64,000 nt of DNA. Origin: Sphagnum compactum (Eukaryota). Below the pieces are notes generated by a model. The model was not told the origin of the DNA. It saw nothing but the letters and a program-made list of their open reading frames with translations, and made no database searches. The stretch covers positions 23,612,213-23,676,212 of the forward strand of contig OZ234493.1 in the NCBI GenBank assembly GCA_965153455.1, written 5' to 3'. The first letter of the stretch is position 1. Each line of letters opens with the position of its first letter. Shown one piece after another: positions 28,021-42,852 of the stretch. Position numbers and translations under genes: made by a program.

Positions 28021-31000
28021 TCAAATTTTGGAATCCCCTTAACATGGGGTATTTTAATGCAAAAGAAAAATGATGAAAATTGAAATATTTCACCATGCAA
28101 AAATATAATCTAAAAAACCTCCTCCAAAAGAAACCAAAATCCTTCAAGATATCATAATTCTATAACTAATCTCAAGTTTCAACACAAGCCAAAATATCAT
28201 CTTTCAAAAATCTTGATATAAAAATAGACCTATTACCTAAGGGCCAAAATCCCTTAAGCTATTATACTCTACAATGAATCTAAACATAATATCCTTGCCT
28301 TCGTAGGCAAGGCCAACAAAACTTAATGTCAAACCATGGCTTGTGTTCCTTGGTGTGCTTTGGAAACTTAAGAAACAATTTGTGTACAATGTTTTTATGT
28401 GTTTGATTTTGTTAGTTTTGATAGTGAATTGGATGTTGATTTAATAATGCACAAAAACATTATCACTAATTTGGTTTTTTCCACATCATGATTAATATAA
28501 AAAACAAGATCAAATGTCTTGATAAACATACCAAATAATTAAAAATATATTTTTGAAATAGATCCAAATGGTTTGACAATGAACACTTTTGAGCACAAAC
28601 CTAGTTTACATGTTGATAATAACTAAATGAAATTTTTAATTCAAGTTCAAATAAACTATGAACCAAATATCCAATTTAATTCTACAAATGCGGAAGATGT
28701 TGTTGAACACATGTTATAACTTATTGTTATCAAAATTTGAATGATTGTGCACCATAGGTCTAAAAATTTCCAAACCACCTTAGTGCATTTGTATTCATGA
28801 AAATTTTCTAATCAAGCATTTTTGGCAAAAAATTACAACTTGGCAAAATGTTTTCCAAAAAATGAAAAAATGGATTTTGTGATTTTTAGGACATTTTGCC
28901 ATTTTTTGAAATTAAAAAATAAAAATAACCACATTTAAACCTAGGCACTTCCTAGGTCACCACTTGTAATATTTCTGTAAAACTTCTACATTTCACCTTG
29001 GATAGTTGCCATTTAATGTTAATTAATGCTAGAGATCCTTTCTAGTGGACTTGAAAATTTGAAAAAATTTACCTTGTTTCCAATGTTACAAAAATTGCAC
29101 ACCCAATTTTTTTTAGAAATCTAACTCTTGATTTTTAAGTGATGAAAACATTAAAAAATCAATAACTTCTACATTATAGGTTTAAATGTTAAAAAATTTC
29201 CTAAGAGTACCCTAGTCATCAATAGTTTCCAAAAGGTACTAGGAACAAAGCTAAGGACCCATGGTTTGGGAAATTTCAATGTGAAAAAATAAAATACAAA
29301 CAAACTACCTTTGTTCACAATAAGATTGATTCAAACTACTAATATGATGATATAATATTTTCCATATGAACAATAATTACATCTTGTAGGGGGAGAAAAA
29401 AAATTCAACGTTTTTAAAAATTAAATTGTGAATATTGATTATGAATTTTTTTTAAATGACATGCTTGATATATATATGACTAGTTTTACAACTTTTCATG
29501 CCATATTTGCCAAAACAAAGTTATTTACTATCTATTTTGCAACCTTTAAATTTTCCTTTTATATATTTATGAAATTTTATACATTTTGGATATAACATTT
29601 GTCCCTTTTTTGTGTTAGAAAATGAAACCCACACTTTGACACCTGAGGTTCCATAAGAAAAATATGTTTATGTTTTTGCATAATCAATTTCATTAGAAAA
29701 TACATGTAGAGATGTTTCATTGTACTTTTGGCATTCAATTTTAGTTATTTTTGCACCATTTAACCAACTTGAACAACAAATATTAATCCCTTTTTTTCAA
29801 TTTGTCGAACTATAGATCTACAAAGTTGTCAAAATGATTTTTTAAATTCTAGTTTCCAAGTTATTTTGATTTGAGTAATCAGAAAAACATTTTGATAAAC
29901 AAAATTTGTTATTTTGATCGACTTAATTGAGATATTAGTCTTTGTTTGATTTGATAAGGAAGTTTGTATATATTTTTAATAATAATGATTGAATGAATAA
30001 TGAACTTTCTTCCATTCAACATCACCTAAAATCAAGGGAACACCAAAATCCAATATAGATATAGCAAAAAATATATATACAAAACAAAGAAAGACTGTGA
30101 TGTGCTTCATTTGTATAGAAACAAAATGGAATTACAAATATTGAAAAATTTGATTAAAAAAAAAGTAATTTGAATGATGCCAAAATCTTTTAGTGTTTCT
30201 AATCATGTAACATTTAAGTTAATCAAAAGGTAGGTGGTGATGGACTAGATCTCTCCTTGGAATTCTATTTTTGAACATCTTGGAATCATCAGGCTTGACA
30301 GATACAACATCCCATACACCCAATTTTTAAATAATCCTTTGCCACATAAAAATTAAACACAACTTTCACAAATTTATCTAGATTCCCTTTCCTTGAAACA
30401 TTCCCAAAATGTGTCATTCCCTAGAATGTTTCTCATTTCAATTCCTAAAATTTGGACCTTCCCAAACTACAACAAAAAATTGATCACCCCATTTTTTATT
30501 TTTTTAAATGGCAAAACATACCCTCACACATTTTCAACACCCTGAACCATAAACAAGTCAGTGATAGGACCTTGTAAGATCTCCAAAAAATATGACTTGT
30601 TAAAGCCCTATTCCATTCAACATTCCTTACTTTCCATTCATCATTTCTTCATTACCACACCCATGATTTTATATAAAAATTTGTCTAAATATTTTTAGGC
30701 TTTATAGATGTAATGCAAATGTTTTTAAAAACCTAATTACTTCTAAACAAAAACACAATTTGTTTCAAAGACACCTCCTTTGCTTGCAACAAAACCACAT
30801 AAAAAAATAAAAATAGAACATTTAACTTTTCTTTCTTGGTGAACTCCATTGTTCTTGAAGATCCAAAACCACCTCCTTAAATATTCTTTTTGATCATATC
30901 TCCTAGAGGAACAACACGCACCACACAACACCAAAAATTAACAGCAAACCTAGTGCCCACATTCCTTTCCTACATGCATTAATTAGATGTCCATAACTTA

Positions 31001-34000
31001 CAAAACATAAAAAGAAAACAAAAACACTTCTATTTTGAAAAACAAAATGCACTCCCTTGCTAACCTCTTTTGTTAACCATGTTTATAATGACTTAAACCA
31101 ACAATAACCTATCACAAACTAGGGCACTTTATGTTTCCCCTTTTTTATTTTCCTTTCAAGTCTCCTTTAGGTCACACATGGTTGACAAATCAACTCCTTA
31201 TTTTTTATTATGCAATTACTAAGTAATATCATGCCTTGCTTTTTATGAGTTTGAAAATGAAACTATAATGATATCAATAATATTTTGAGTTTTGATGTTC
31301 CTTATCACTGTATTTAGAAAAAGTTTCAGCAACACTTTTGAAACGAGTAAAAGTTTTTGTTTTTATTTATAAAAAATTTATAAGTACTTTAGATGGTATT
31401 TTACTTGTTTTTTTTAATTTGATAATTAATTGTGTAGTTGTAATTTATGACTTTTCAAAGTTCAAGAGCATGATTCCTAAAGGGGCCACAACAATTAGGA
31501 ATACAAAATCATAATGATTTTCACCTATTTTTATTTCAGTAAAAACTTAAGGCCATATACTTTGAAATGCAATGGATAAACATGAAATAATAATAATCTA
31601 TGGTTGTGAAAATATTTAAAGGAAAGGGCCTAGGAATATTATTTGGCCAATTTTTGTTCCTTACCATTCCTTGAGGTTGTTCCTAGTGGTACCACCCAAT
31701 CATACTTTCACCCGACTACTAATAGCAACCTACCTAGACCAATCAAACTATCTAGTTAATAAGAAATTGAAAGCATGCAACATATACAATTTTACTATAT
31801 ATACTAGATTGATCCAAGGCTCCTATAGAGCTTTAAAAGTTGTGCATTTGTTCAGGGTCGTAGGTGTAGTTTTGAAGTGGATTCCTTGGATTTGGTTGTT
31901 GTACCTAATCCAAAGTTTTCAGGTGAAGGCCACATCCAGAACACATTAGTGAAGATGCTCTTACAAAAAAATAAAATTTATTGGTGTGGTCATGGTGGTG
32001 GGCACACACATAGACAACACATTGTCGCAAGAGAGCATCCAAGAAGTTTCTTCACGTCCTATATATTCCAGATAAAATAGGGTGTTCCACCTAGTGCACA
32101 CCCTATATACTAGGAGCAATACCTAAGGAACAAATTTTGGAAAGTAAATTGTAATAGAAAAACACTCCAATTGGTAATTGAAAAACCCTAGAAATTGGGT
32201 TTTATTTGTGCTTAAAATGGATTCTAAAGTAGCCACCACCACCATTGAACGTCAAAACTTATGCCTTTTGTCATTTTTTGGTCACATAATGCATTATATG
32301 TGTATAATATTATTGTTGTTATATTGTTTTTTGATCACAAAAAATCATACGTTATTCTCGCCACCTATTTTGAACTTGTTTAACATCACCACCAACCTTA
32401 GTTCTTTTGCATAACAGAATACATAACACACCAAATATGTGCCTTCTCCTTGAGGTTTTCTTCTATTGATTACAATAGCTAGTACCTACTGCTTTTTATT
32501 TACAACTTTTAGTTCTTATGTGGAGTCCCAATTTCACTTTTGTGAAAAACTCACAACAACAACAAAAACAATAATTTATAATGAGTCTTTTTGGTTACTA
32601 CCAAAATCCACCACTTTCCCAAAAATTCAATGTTTTCCTTGTTCTTTTTGGCCATGACTTATGGAGACTTTATGGCAAACTAGCTATAATGCATGTTTTA
32701 GTAAGCCCTAGCTAGGTTGCAAGTGAGGTGGGAAATCTCCCAACATCACCCCTTTTTGCAAACCCTCCTCTCATTCTTGCTTCTAAACTACAATTTTGCC
32801 TAAAAAACACCACCGACCCCATAACCACAAGAAAATTGTATTGTACTTTAAAAGTTTGATCAATTGTTGTACCAAATTAGTCTACATGGTTGTTTACTTG
32901 CCTTTGTAAAAAGACCTTTGATCAAAAGCTAGTCAAGTAAAAAGGAAGGGCCTCTACTTGTTTTCACTCAATCATTTTTTTTGCCACCATGACCAAGCTT
33001 TTAAAACTAGATCACAATGGATTGTTTTGCAAAAACCCAACAATCATTAACTCATTGATTGGAATAATCTCCCACAAACACAAATTTTAAAATTTCCTTA
33101 CTTTTTGATATTCATGAAAATATATATATATGTATACACATATATGCTACACCCTTAGCCAAAATGTTTTCAAAGTTTGAGTTTCCAAGTGGATGGACTC
33201 CTTCGAATTCAAGCTCTTTAAAATGCCTTTGGGTTGGGAAGACAATAACACCTTAGTTATTAACCTTTTGGTTGACCACTAATGACCGACCATTGTGCTC
33301 AATGATCTCCTAGTAGTAAAACAACTTATGGAGATTTGTCAACATCTTTAGGTGTAAAAAAACAACAAAAGTAGCAGCTTTTCCCAGCCCACGTACCCAC
33401 CAATTCAAAACATTGAGTCAACGTTCCAATCCAAACTTGTTATACTATTATTCTATTTATTTTTTTCCAATTTGGAGTTCATTCCTAGAGATGAAACAAA
33501 AGCTCCACAAAAAAATGCAAGGGCAACTTACAATTCTGGACACATGACATATTTGACACATTTTGGACTTTGACTAATCACAATTGAATTTTTATAAATT
33601 TGGCTCCAATTGCTCACTGTTAGAATATAATTCTAATTTTTAGATTGTAAGTTATTCCCAAGGAAATATTAGGGACAAAGAAAAATATTAAAAATGTTAA
33701 ATTTGTTAGAAGTCCGACCTCTGATTTAAATTCATCAAACTGTTAGTATTTATAACATTACTATTTGGTAACTAACTTCATCAAATGTCGTAGATACAAA
33801 TTGAACTTGGTGGCCACTAGGTTGTTAAAACATTGATACTGATTTCTCCAAGAGTCTTAAGAATAAAAATTCAACTATTAAAAAAAAAATTAAAACCTTA
33901 AAGGACAACTTTAATTTGAAGGATAATTTGAAACTAATTGAACCTACTGGCCATTAGGTTGTCAAAACACATGTACTAATTTCTCTAAGAGTTTTGAAAC

Positions 34001-34399
34001 AAAATGTCCAATATTAAATTTTTTTTTTAATACAAACCTTAAAGGGCAATCTAAATTTGTCAAGTCCTCCTAATATTAGAAGTTTTATGATTGTTCTAGT
34101 GTAATATGCAACAATATCAGCACCATTACGAAATAAAAAATTGAGTGGCCAACATCATTTTCTCCTTTTTAGAGTTACAAACGTCACGTATTCTGCAAAA
34201 ATGATCCAAACCAAATGCACACAAAAGTCAATACCAAAAAATGAGGGCATATCAAAACATAAAACAATATATAAAAGTAATAAAAAATGGAAAAAAAAAA
34301 GAAAAAAAGGAAATGGAATTATTCAGATTGCATACCTAAAGGGGGCTGGTTATTGCAAACATCGCCATTATCATTATCCATATACTAGAAAAACCAAAA

Positions 34400-35350
34400 A
34401 TAATTTTTCAAAGAAGAACTTGAATGAGGTTTAGAATATTTGACCATAAAGTCATAATGAACTTGAACTGTTTTGGCCAATGGGAATCCAACCAAGGGTG
34501 GCCATAAATGCAATGCCAGGTCCAACCATTGCACCTTATTCTTTGACAACATTTATCTCCTGAATTATTCAATAAAAAAACTAGTGGGTGCAAATTCTTT
34601 AAGGTGTACCAAAATCTTGTCACAGTATCACCCTTTTCTATCTTTTTTACCTAGTCCTTTTTTTATCATGTAAAGACACATTTATGGATGATTATGATGG
34701 AATTTAAAATTATAATAGTGTAAAATATAGTCATTCTGAAATTTTTGACAACTTTTGATTTAGTATTTTTTATGGGGATCCAAATATAGGGTAACAAAGG
34801 ATTGTAGTAAGGACTAAGCCCTTTTCATCTTGTGTGGTACACCTTAAAGGATTTTCACCCTAGTCCATTTTGGATTCCAAAGTGCCTTGTAGGGTTCATT
34901 GTCAATCAACAATGTTTGATCCTCCTTCCCATAAGGTTACCCATAGCAAACACAATACACACATTTCAAATCCATTAAATAATAATGGGATTCCGATGAA
35001 ATTTCACCAGACGTTTTGGAGTAGTGTTCACATCCCCAAATGAAAACAAATAGATCCAAGAAATTTTCAAGCATGATCATGGGAAGAACTTCCAGCACAT
35101 CTTCAAGTTTCATTCAAGACCAAATTGCAATGTGAAACTTTTGAAATGCTTTAGTAAGAAAAATCTCCACTCTAGCTATGACTTCCACTTTGGTCTTGTC
35201 AACATTTCTTCCAATCATTCTAGCATTCCCTTGAAGAACAACCAAAGGTGGGAAATAACACAACACGCCATTGATGTTCAGAATGAATAATTTTTTAGGT
35301 TCAAGAGGCAACGAACGTAGGTGCGAACACATTGAACTGCCTTTGACCAT
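34400..35350 (-). pseudogene. FCP1/NIF-like (HAD superfamily) phosphatase-domain pseudogene, interrupted by a MITE
   Basis: 'KKLFILNINGVL' (decayed DxDxT-type motif), 'FLTKAFQKFHIAIWS', 'QTLLIDNEPYKALWNPKW'; after removing 34586-34864 the frame continues 'TSFFIE*FRR*MLSKNKVQWLDLALHLWPPL'. Several in-frame stops. Confidence 0.7.
34586..34860. mobile_element. 275-bp MITE with GGGTG termini and 4-bp TSD
   Basis: 26-bp TIR gggtg(c/a)aaat(t/c)ctttaaggtgtacca; TAGT on both sides (34582-34585, 34861-34864); excision restores the host reading frame. Confidence 0.85.
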
Positions 35351-38207
35351 TGCAACTAGCTTGGAAGAAACATTTAACTAAAATAACAACAAAGTCTATT
35401 AGGAAAATGAACTACACATGTGTGAAAGGATAACGTGCTTCAAGAATTACAACAATAAATTGATGGCAAAATGTCCATGTGCTAACAATAAATATGTTTT
35501 TGTGTTAAATATAAAAGACAAAAACCCATAACCATTTTGATGCAATAAAAAAAATAAGGAAATCCAGAATGAAAAAATGAAAAGACATTCCAAAGGACAC
35601 GTCGATTTTTTGTATTGCCTCAAAAAAGACAATTAATTACTAAGAATAACTTATGATCATTATTAAAATACAGTCACACTAGGTTTTGTTTAGGTTTAGA
35701 CGATAGTGATTGCATAAAGCTCAAGAATGACATGCACAAAATAAAAAAGTTTTTTTTGTGTGTTGCCTAACCAAATAAGTTGTTTGGATGTTTAAAAGAA
35801 AGTTAGGTTTATTTTTTCTAGCAAAGCTTCATATGCTTGACTACTTCATTTGCTTAGCAAATAAAATGAGAAGAACCTTGTGTAAGGCTTTGACATAAAA
35901 GCCTTGCCCATTCTTGACCAGATAAGTTCAACATTTTCTTCTTAAACAAATGCTCTTATTCAAATGAACACATTTTTTCCTTGAAGTTATTTCCATCTCC
36001 CTTTGCTTTCGCCATGGTATAACTTTTAGCTACTCCTTATGCTAGTAAATTAGAAACCATGTTAACATGCAATGAAATTGAATTTGATTATTTAAATGAA
36101 AAAAATATTGCATAAGTAGGTAATTCAAAGGGACACACATAGATGTAAAGATGCTTTATGAAAATACCTTGCTGATTTGATAGAAAGGCTTGAAATGATA
36201 AAATGCATAGCTTTTTTTCAATTTTTTAATTTTTCAAAATGTCTTTCAAACATAAGCTTGAAAAAGTAAAATGTTTGGAAGCCATTCAACAACCAATTTG
36301 AAGTAATTAATCAATTTTATGCATTAATAGTAACCGATCATGATATTAATAACCTTTTTCATGCCAAATCTTGACTTCTTTTTATTATATTTCTTTAATG
36401 TCATCAATATACTTAATCAAATTGACAACTTGTATTGCCCCAAGGTCTGTATCGGTGTTGCGCTAGTATCGACTTGTAAACATATTAGATTGGTCTTGAT
36501 AGGGGGGCAAGGGGGGGGGGGGGGGGTGGTTTTATCCCTAGTAGTAGGTATTGGGTTTTTTTTTAAAAATTAATATTAATTTGATATTAGTATTAGGTTC
36601 AAGGTTGATTTTTTGTTGGTATATGGTAGGTATAAACCGGATATTAGTATTGGATTAAAACAAATATATATATATATATACATGATATTATCTCAAGTCC
36701 TATACCAAATTGGTCCTAATACAAGGTTAATATTGTTTTAGGTCATAGTCGATTGGTAGGTTTTTCATATCAATATTGATCCCAATATCATATACCTAGG
36801 TTGCACCCTATATACCAATACAACATTGATTTGTACATTTTAATTGGCTAAATCGATCTTAAGAAATATGTGAGTAAATGTCCTTTTAAAAAAATGATGA
36901 GTAATAAACTTGTTCACCCATGAACTGGTTGAAGAAGCCACCATGAATTCATGAAATGCCCAACAAAACAACCCAAACACCCCATGATAAAGAAACAAAA
37001 CTCCCTCCCACCTTATAAATCCCACTCCTCCTAGTGTTAGAAAAATGGCCGAGAGCTTTCCTTGTGAAATAATTTAGTTGTGTATATTTCTATCTTGTGA
37101 TCAAGGAAACATTGCGACATAATGGTTTATTCATTAAATGTGTGAGTTCCATATATGTTGACTATTGCTGTGGTTTTAAACTTTGCAATTTTCAACAAAA
37201 CAAATTAGGCCGAACTCGCCATTTGGAATATGTGGTAAAAATTGAGGGGGATTTTTAAATTACAATATTCCCCATGCACTTAACCTTTGGGATATGTCGA
37301 TGGGGATGGTTGGATTCCAAAAGTCTAGGCCCCTTCTAAATGCAATGATTCTTAAATTCTAACCACATTTCAGATTCCTAAGGTGTTGCTCCTACGATAA
37401 CACAAATTTGGGGGGGGGAAGATCCAAAGTGTGTAGTTAAGCTTTCATTTCCTATTCATGGGAAACCCTATACTTTCCCAACCTTCTAACATTTAAAGAT
37501 GTTTGAATGATTGGTTTTTTTTCAATCATTTGATCCATTTTCAAAGGAAGCCCCTAACCTTATCGAAATCTTTTGTATAACATTCATCTAATATATCCTA
37601 GGTTAACCTGATTAACTAACCATGTGAATAGGTTGCAAATATGAAAAGTTGAACACCACCTTCACAAAAATAAACCAAGTCATTAACTAATGGATTACAA
37701 CCTCAAAACATAGTCTTTTGTCAATTTATTCATTTGAAATGTTTATTCTAAATCTTCGTACATAAATAGCTATGGGTAGGTAATAGGTAGGTAGGAAGGA
37801 TGTAAATGGGTAGATAGTAACCTTAGGCTAGGTAGTAGGTGGGTAGCAAGGTGACATGCCTTTCTAGGCAAGACCCATGCCTTAGATCATTTGCCTAGTT
37901 GGGCTCATGTTAAGACCACCAAGGGGTGGTCCCCATGGTGGCATGGGTTACATGACACCAAGTGTCAAGTTAGGTGTGACTCTCAACGAAGTAAATTGGC
38001 ACAAAACACATAGGTGTGCCAAAGTGGGTGGAGGGTTGCAAGTGACCAAAAATGCCAACTATGAAGGAACCTAAGTTTAAGTGGGTGGAAGGTTGTGAAT
38101 GAGCGAAGTCACCACTTGAAGGAACCCAAATCTAAGTTTGTGATTCAGCTACAAAACAAGGCTTAGGGGCTCAAGCCAAAAAAACTTTAGACCAGTTCAA
38201 AAATTTA

Positions 38208-38985
38208 TGAGGGTGTATTTATGATTATGGTACCAAAAAGGAATGACCTATATTTAAAAACTACAAAGGACAACTTTGGATTTTTGTTTATCATACATTG
38301 TTATAGTTGTAGTGGATTGTTGTATGCCAATAGATAAGGTGATGTCTTGTTTAATTAATAAAAATATGTTAAAATAATTTGGTTACTATGTAAATGCCAT
38401 TTTGAGTCCTTTAAACTAACTATATCAAAAATAGTCTAAACTACATTTTTTTAAAAATAAACAAAAGGAATGCATAAAGTCATACAATTGATTTCAAACT
38501 TCTAATATAACAAAAACATGTCCCCTTCTATGACATGTTCATTGAGTGAACTTGATGAAAAACCAACTCACACAAAAATTTCAAAGTCTTGAAATTTTGA
38601 AAGAAAAGGCTTCAAGGCAAATGACTCATTTCTAAAACCATTTGGCAAAAAATTATGTTCAATATCTTTTTGAAACGTCTAGCTTTAGGTGCAAATCACA
38701 TGTGCAAGAAATAATCTTGTCAAAAAAATGTTTGGTTGTCCATTGAAACTCATTGTGGGATTTTTTGGGATTTTTTATGTTTCTAGCTATAAATCTAAAT
38801 ATTGATACATAATATGTATGCATGTGAAAAATCACCACAGTCACATGAATTACTTTAAATTGAACTATTCAATTTTTTTCCCTTAAATTTGTTTCAATTA
38901 AATTTTGTTTGCAAAAAGTAACCCTATTAAAATCATAAGGAGTCCTTTTTCCATTTTTTGGAACCTTAACCATGAATAAGCCTGC
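38208..38985. mobile_element. Possible TIR element (MULE-like) inserted in the Gypsy LTR
   Basis: Degenerate inverted ends of about 30 bp (gagggtgtatttatgattatggtaccaaaaa vs rc gcaggcttattcatggttaaggttccaaaaa); AT-rich interior; TSD not resolved. Confidence 0.4.
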
Positions 38986-39562
38986 AACAAGTCAAAACTT
39001 GCCTTGGGGTTGGAGGGAATAGCCTTAGATAATGAGTTAATATGAAATCAAGGTTTTAGGCGAAGATCAAACAATGCGTGGTTTGGCCATGTGCATGTAG
39101 TTTAGGTGTGTGCTAGGAGGTTATGGGCATAGAAACATGCTAAGGTGGAATATGGGTGTGACATAGGTGGTATCAAAACAAGACTCCAACTAGACTTGGA
39201 AGAAAATGGGGCAAGATGGATCCCAAATTAACACAAGTGGCAATGAACAAGTGCAAAAAGGAAAAGGAAAAGGAAGTTCAAGAAGCGGTAATGTTGAAGC
39301 TTCAGAAGCTTGGAGCAAAGCTTATGAACTTCAATGATGAAAGGAATATCAAAGAGTTGGTGGAGGGAGAAGAATCTACCTTCAAGGCAAGTTGGAAAAT
39401 TGTCACAAAGGCAAAAACAAAAGGTTCCCCGTCCAAAGGAAGAAAGTCTCCTTAACATGTAAAGGACAAAGGAAACAACAAGTCCAAGAGGAATAGGTTC
39501 AATTGGACTTGGGGTTATCAAGCAAGAGGGTAGATGCAAGCTACGATGGCTCACTTTTTATA

Positions 39563-40684
39563 ACCTTATGCACTTTCTACAAAATGCACTTTGTTCAAAT
39601 GTCACAAACACATTGTAAAATCATCAATTTGACAAAAATATTTATGGATTAAGATTGTTAACTTGAATAAGAATATTTATTAAGGGGAAAATTTCAATAA
39701 ACATACACCAATCGTATAGTAATGGACTTTTAAAATGGACATATGGGCTATATTCTATGTTCTGCATTACCATTCAAATGGATTTTTTGTTATGATTTCA
39801 TCTCAATATTTTTTATAGGGTCTCAATATATGATACATGATGGAAAAAAAATATGAATTGAAAAGAATTACAACAAAAACTTTAACAAACAAATAACTAT
39901 GGACTTTTGAATGACCAAATTTGGGCCATATTTTCAAAAGTCCCAATCTTGGTCATTTTTTGTTGAATTGATTTTTTTTCCACTTAACATGTATAATAAA
40001 AAAAATTTAAATGGGCAGCCTTTCATATGGACTTTATTAATTGATTAATCACCACATAGGGTCCACTAAACATTGGTTTTCATTTTTTTTCCCATTCCAG
40101 TCTTAATTTTTCCATTTATACGAACTTTTGGGATTGGGATGTTTGCCTCTTTTGAGCCACCATAGCTTGCATCTACCCGAAAATGACAACTTGATCCTCC
40201 CATTAGCTTCTCTAAAAAAGGATAAGGGTGGAAAACCACCCAAGGAATTCAAATTGAAGTTGAAAAAAGTTGGGTGTAGTCATACTAATATGTACCAATA
40301 ACAGTCATAAACATTGCTTAATTTTTTGAATTTTGGATTATTAAAAAAATTAAAATTTTATAAATATAAATTTTTTGAATAAAATGTTATTGTGAGTACA
40401 TTATGTACATATCATAAAATTTTGGAATTGACGTAATGAATAAAAAATACATAATTTACATTTTTAAGGACTTGTAACCACTATTTTAAAATAGTTTTGG
40501 CACTAAAAGCACAATTTGAAAAGCACAACATATTTTTGGATATTTTTTAATACACACATTAACATAATAATACCAAGAAAAAATTTAATGTTTTTAATGT
40601 TTTTTTGAAAGACACATTTAAACGATTCTAAAAATATTTTTTTAAAAAAAATGAAAAAACAATGTTTTAAAGGGGCACGTCTGG
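39563..40684. mobile_element. Possible Mutator-like insertion in the Gypsy gag region
   Basis: AT-rich block flanked by a 9-bp direct repeat CTTTTTATA (39554-39562, 40685-40693); TIRs only weakly visible. Confidence 0.4.
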
Positions 40685-41933
40685 CTTTTTATAGCTCTAA
40701 CTTTGTAACTTGTTTGGGGGATGAAATGTCCTAGGGGTGGGAAAATACCAATGAGGCATTAGTTCAAAAGTCAACTCCCATGCGACTACTTCTAGGAGCA
40801 TTGAACCTTCAACTTGTTAGGGATGTGGTGGAGTTGGTTAAGACCCTCCAAACCATTGCATCAAGGGTAGGGCCTTGGGGCTCTTGCCCAATATGTGCAA
40901 AATTTTAATGCAAAACTAACTCTTATTCCCATGATCAAGGAAGAGTTCATGAAGAAACTATCTTTCTTTTGGGACCACAAGTGCCTTGAGAGATGTCTCA
41001 AATTTGTTGAAGGTTAAATGTAAGATAAATAACAAGTGGGTGTGTTGTTTCTTAATTTAGGAATGACAAACTTGTTCATGACTTTGCAAACAATGAAGTG
41101 GCTAGGAATCAAGACCAAATTGGTGCATTTGGCACAAGGAGTGGTGGAATTTACATTTAAAGTAGCATTATAAGTAGAGTTGTTTAGTGGGGGAATTATA
41201 TTTTTGAAGAACTTCACCTTGTGTGACTTAAATAGTTTTGATGTAATTATAAGTAATTTTTTTGGATGCCTATAAAGTAGACATCCTCTGCAATGGGAAT
41301 GAAGTAAAGGCTTGTGCCAAAGTTGGTTTTAAATTAGTGAATTCAGACATGGACTATAAGTGGGCATAGTAGATGTCACATTAAACTTGGTAGCTTTTTT
41401 GAACTTAAAACTAACTAGGTTTTTTGTTTTATTGATGCAAAGTCAATATTGGAAGGAAACCGAGCTAAAAGTGGTTAGGTAGCTCCCCAAATCTATTTTT
41501 GATTCACTTAATAAACTTTTGAACATTTTGACAAACGAATCACTTAATTCCCTTCCTCCTTATAAAGAGTTCAATCACAAGATGAAAGTGCTGCCTGAGT
41601 CGACTCCATCATCCAAGGTACCCTATAGGTTGAATTCAAAGGAAATTAAAAAATTAAAAACATAAAAAATTTACCTTTTCAATTCAGGGTATATAATACC
41701 AAACAAATTGCCTTATGGGGCACTAATCTTGTTTGTGGAAAAAGGACAACAAGTCAATAATGTGTATTGATTATTGTGCTTTGAACAAAATCACAATAAA
41801 TAACAATTACCTTATGCTTTGCATTGATGATCTTTCAGATCAATTGAATGGAATTATTTATTTGTCAAATTGTTCTGAAATTGGGGTATTATTTAATTAA
41901 GATAACAAAAAAGAATGTTGAAAAGATGATAAT

Positions 41934-42852
41934 CAGGGTTGTCAAAATTGACCTGACATGGCCATTTTGCATCAAGCATCACATTGATATTTGTCCTAAC
42001 ATGTCGGTCATGTCCGTCAAGACTAATGCATGAAAAAATATCATTACATTTGAGTTACCTTCGTTATGTTTGGCAACCAAAAACAAATTTGGTTGCCACA
42101 AGATTGGTGATCGAATTTTCAATTTTCCTATCATACATTAGGTGACCAAAAAAATTTAGTCACCACAATCAACGACTGAATTTTGGACACCATAGTTAAT
42201 GACTAATTTTTTTTCAATCTACCCAAAAAAAGTTTTGGAGCTACCTAAAAACATTTAGTCGTTTGATCAACAATTGCCGTTGATCCAAGGATTAAAAAAA
42301 TTGTCGTTGCCCAAAAATTTCGGTCATTGACCTGGGTGATCGAAGTTTTTTGGTCACTAAACTGGGCAACTAAAAAAATTTAATTGCCAACTATGGCAAT
42401 TGAAAATTGGCAACCAAATTTTTTTGAAAGTTGCATGAAAAATTTTAGTTGTTCAATCAACAGTGTCCATTCATCCAATGATTCAATTTTTTCTGTCATC
42501 GCCCAAAAAAATTCAATCGTTGCCCAAAAAGGTTTCGAGCTATGCCTGAAAATTTGGTCACCAATGTGGGGGACTAAAAACTTTTGATTGCCAAACTAGA
42601 TGACTAAAAAAATTTAATTGTTGACTGTGGCAATCAAAAGTTGGCAACCAATTTTTTTAAAAGTCGCCACAGGGTTTATAACAACCGAATGACATTATTT
42701 TCAATCGCTTACAACTGTTTTTTAGGCAGCCCGATTTCATTTTGACTTCGGTTGACCTAGATTGGCCCTATACTAACGTGATGCAAAGGTGCATCTACAT
42801 CCAAATGCATTTGTCGTGGTGTGATAGACGCATGGACATAGTGACAATCTTA
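41934..42852. mobile_element. Non-autonomous hAT element inserted in the Gypsy RT
   Basis: Ends CAGGGTTGTCA / TGACAATCTTA; 8-bp TSD ATGATAAT (41926-41933) / ACAATAAT (42853-42860); removal rejoins RT 'VEK(T)IMQTKYGSYEF'; internal GGCGACCGAA-like repeats. Confidence 0.85.

Noticed and set aside
30100-33100. Possible further LINE or other TE coding remnants on the minus strand
   Set aside because: Too degraded to assign a motif confidently by eye.
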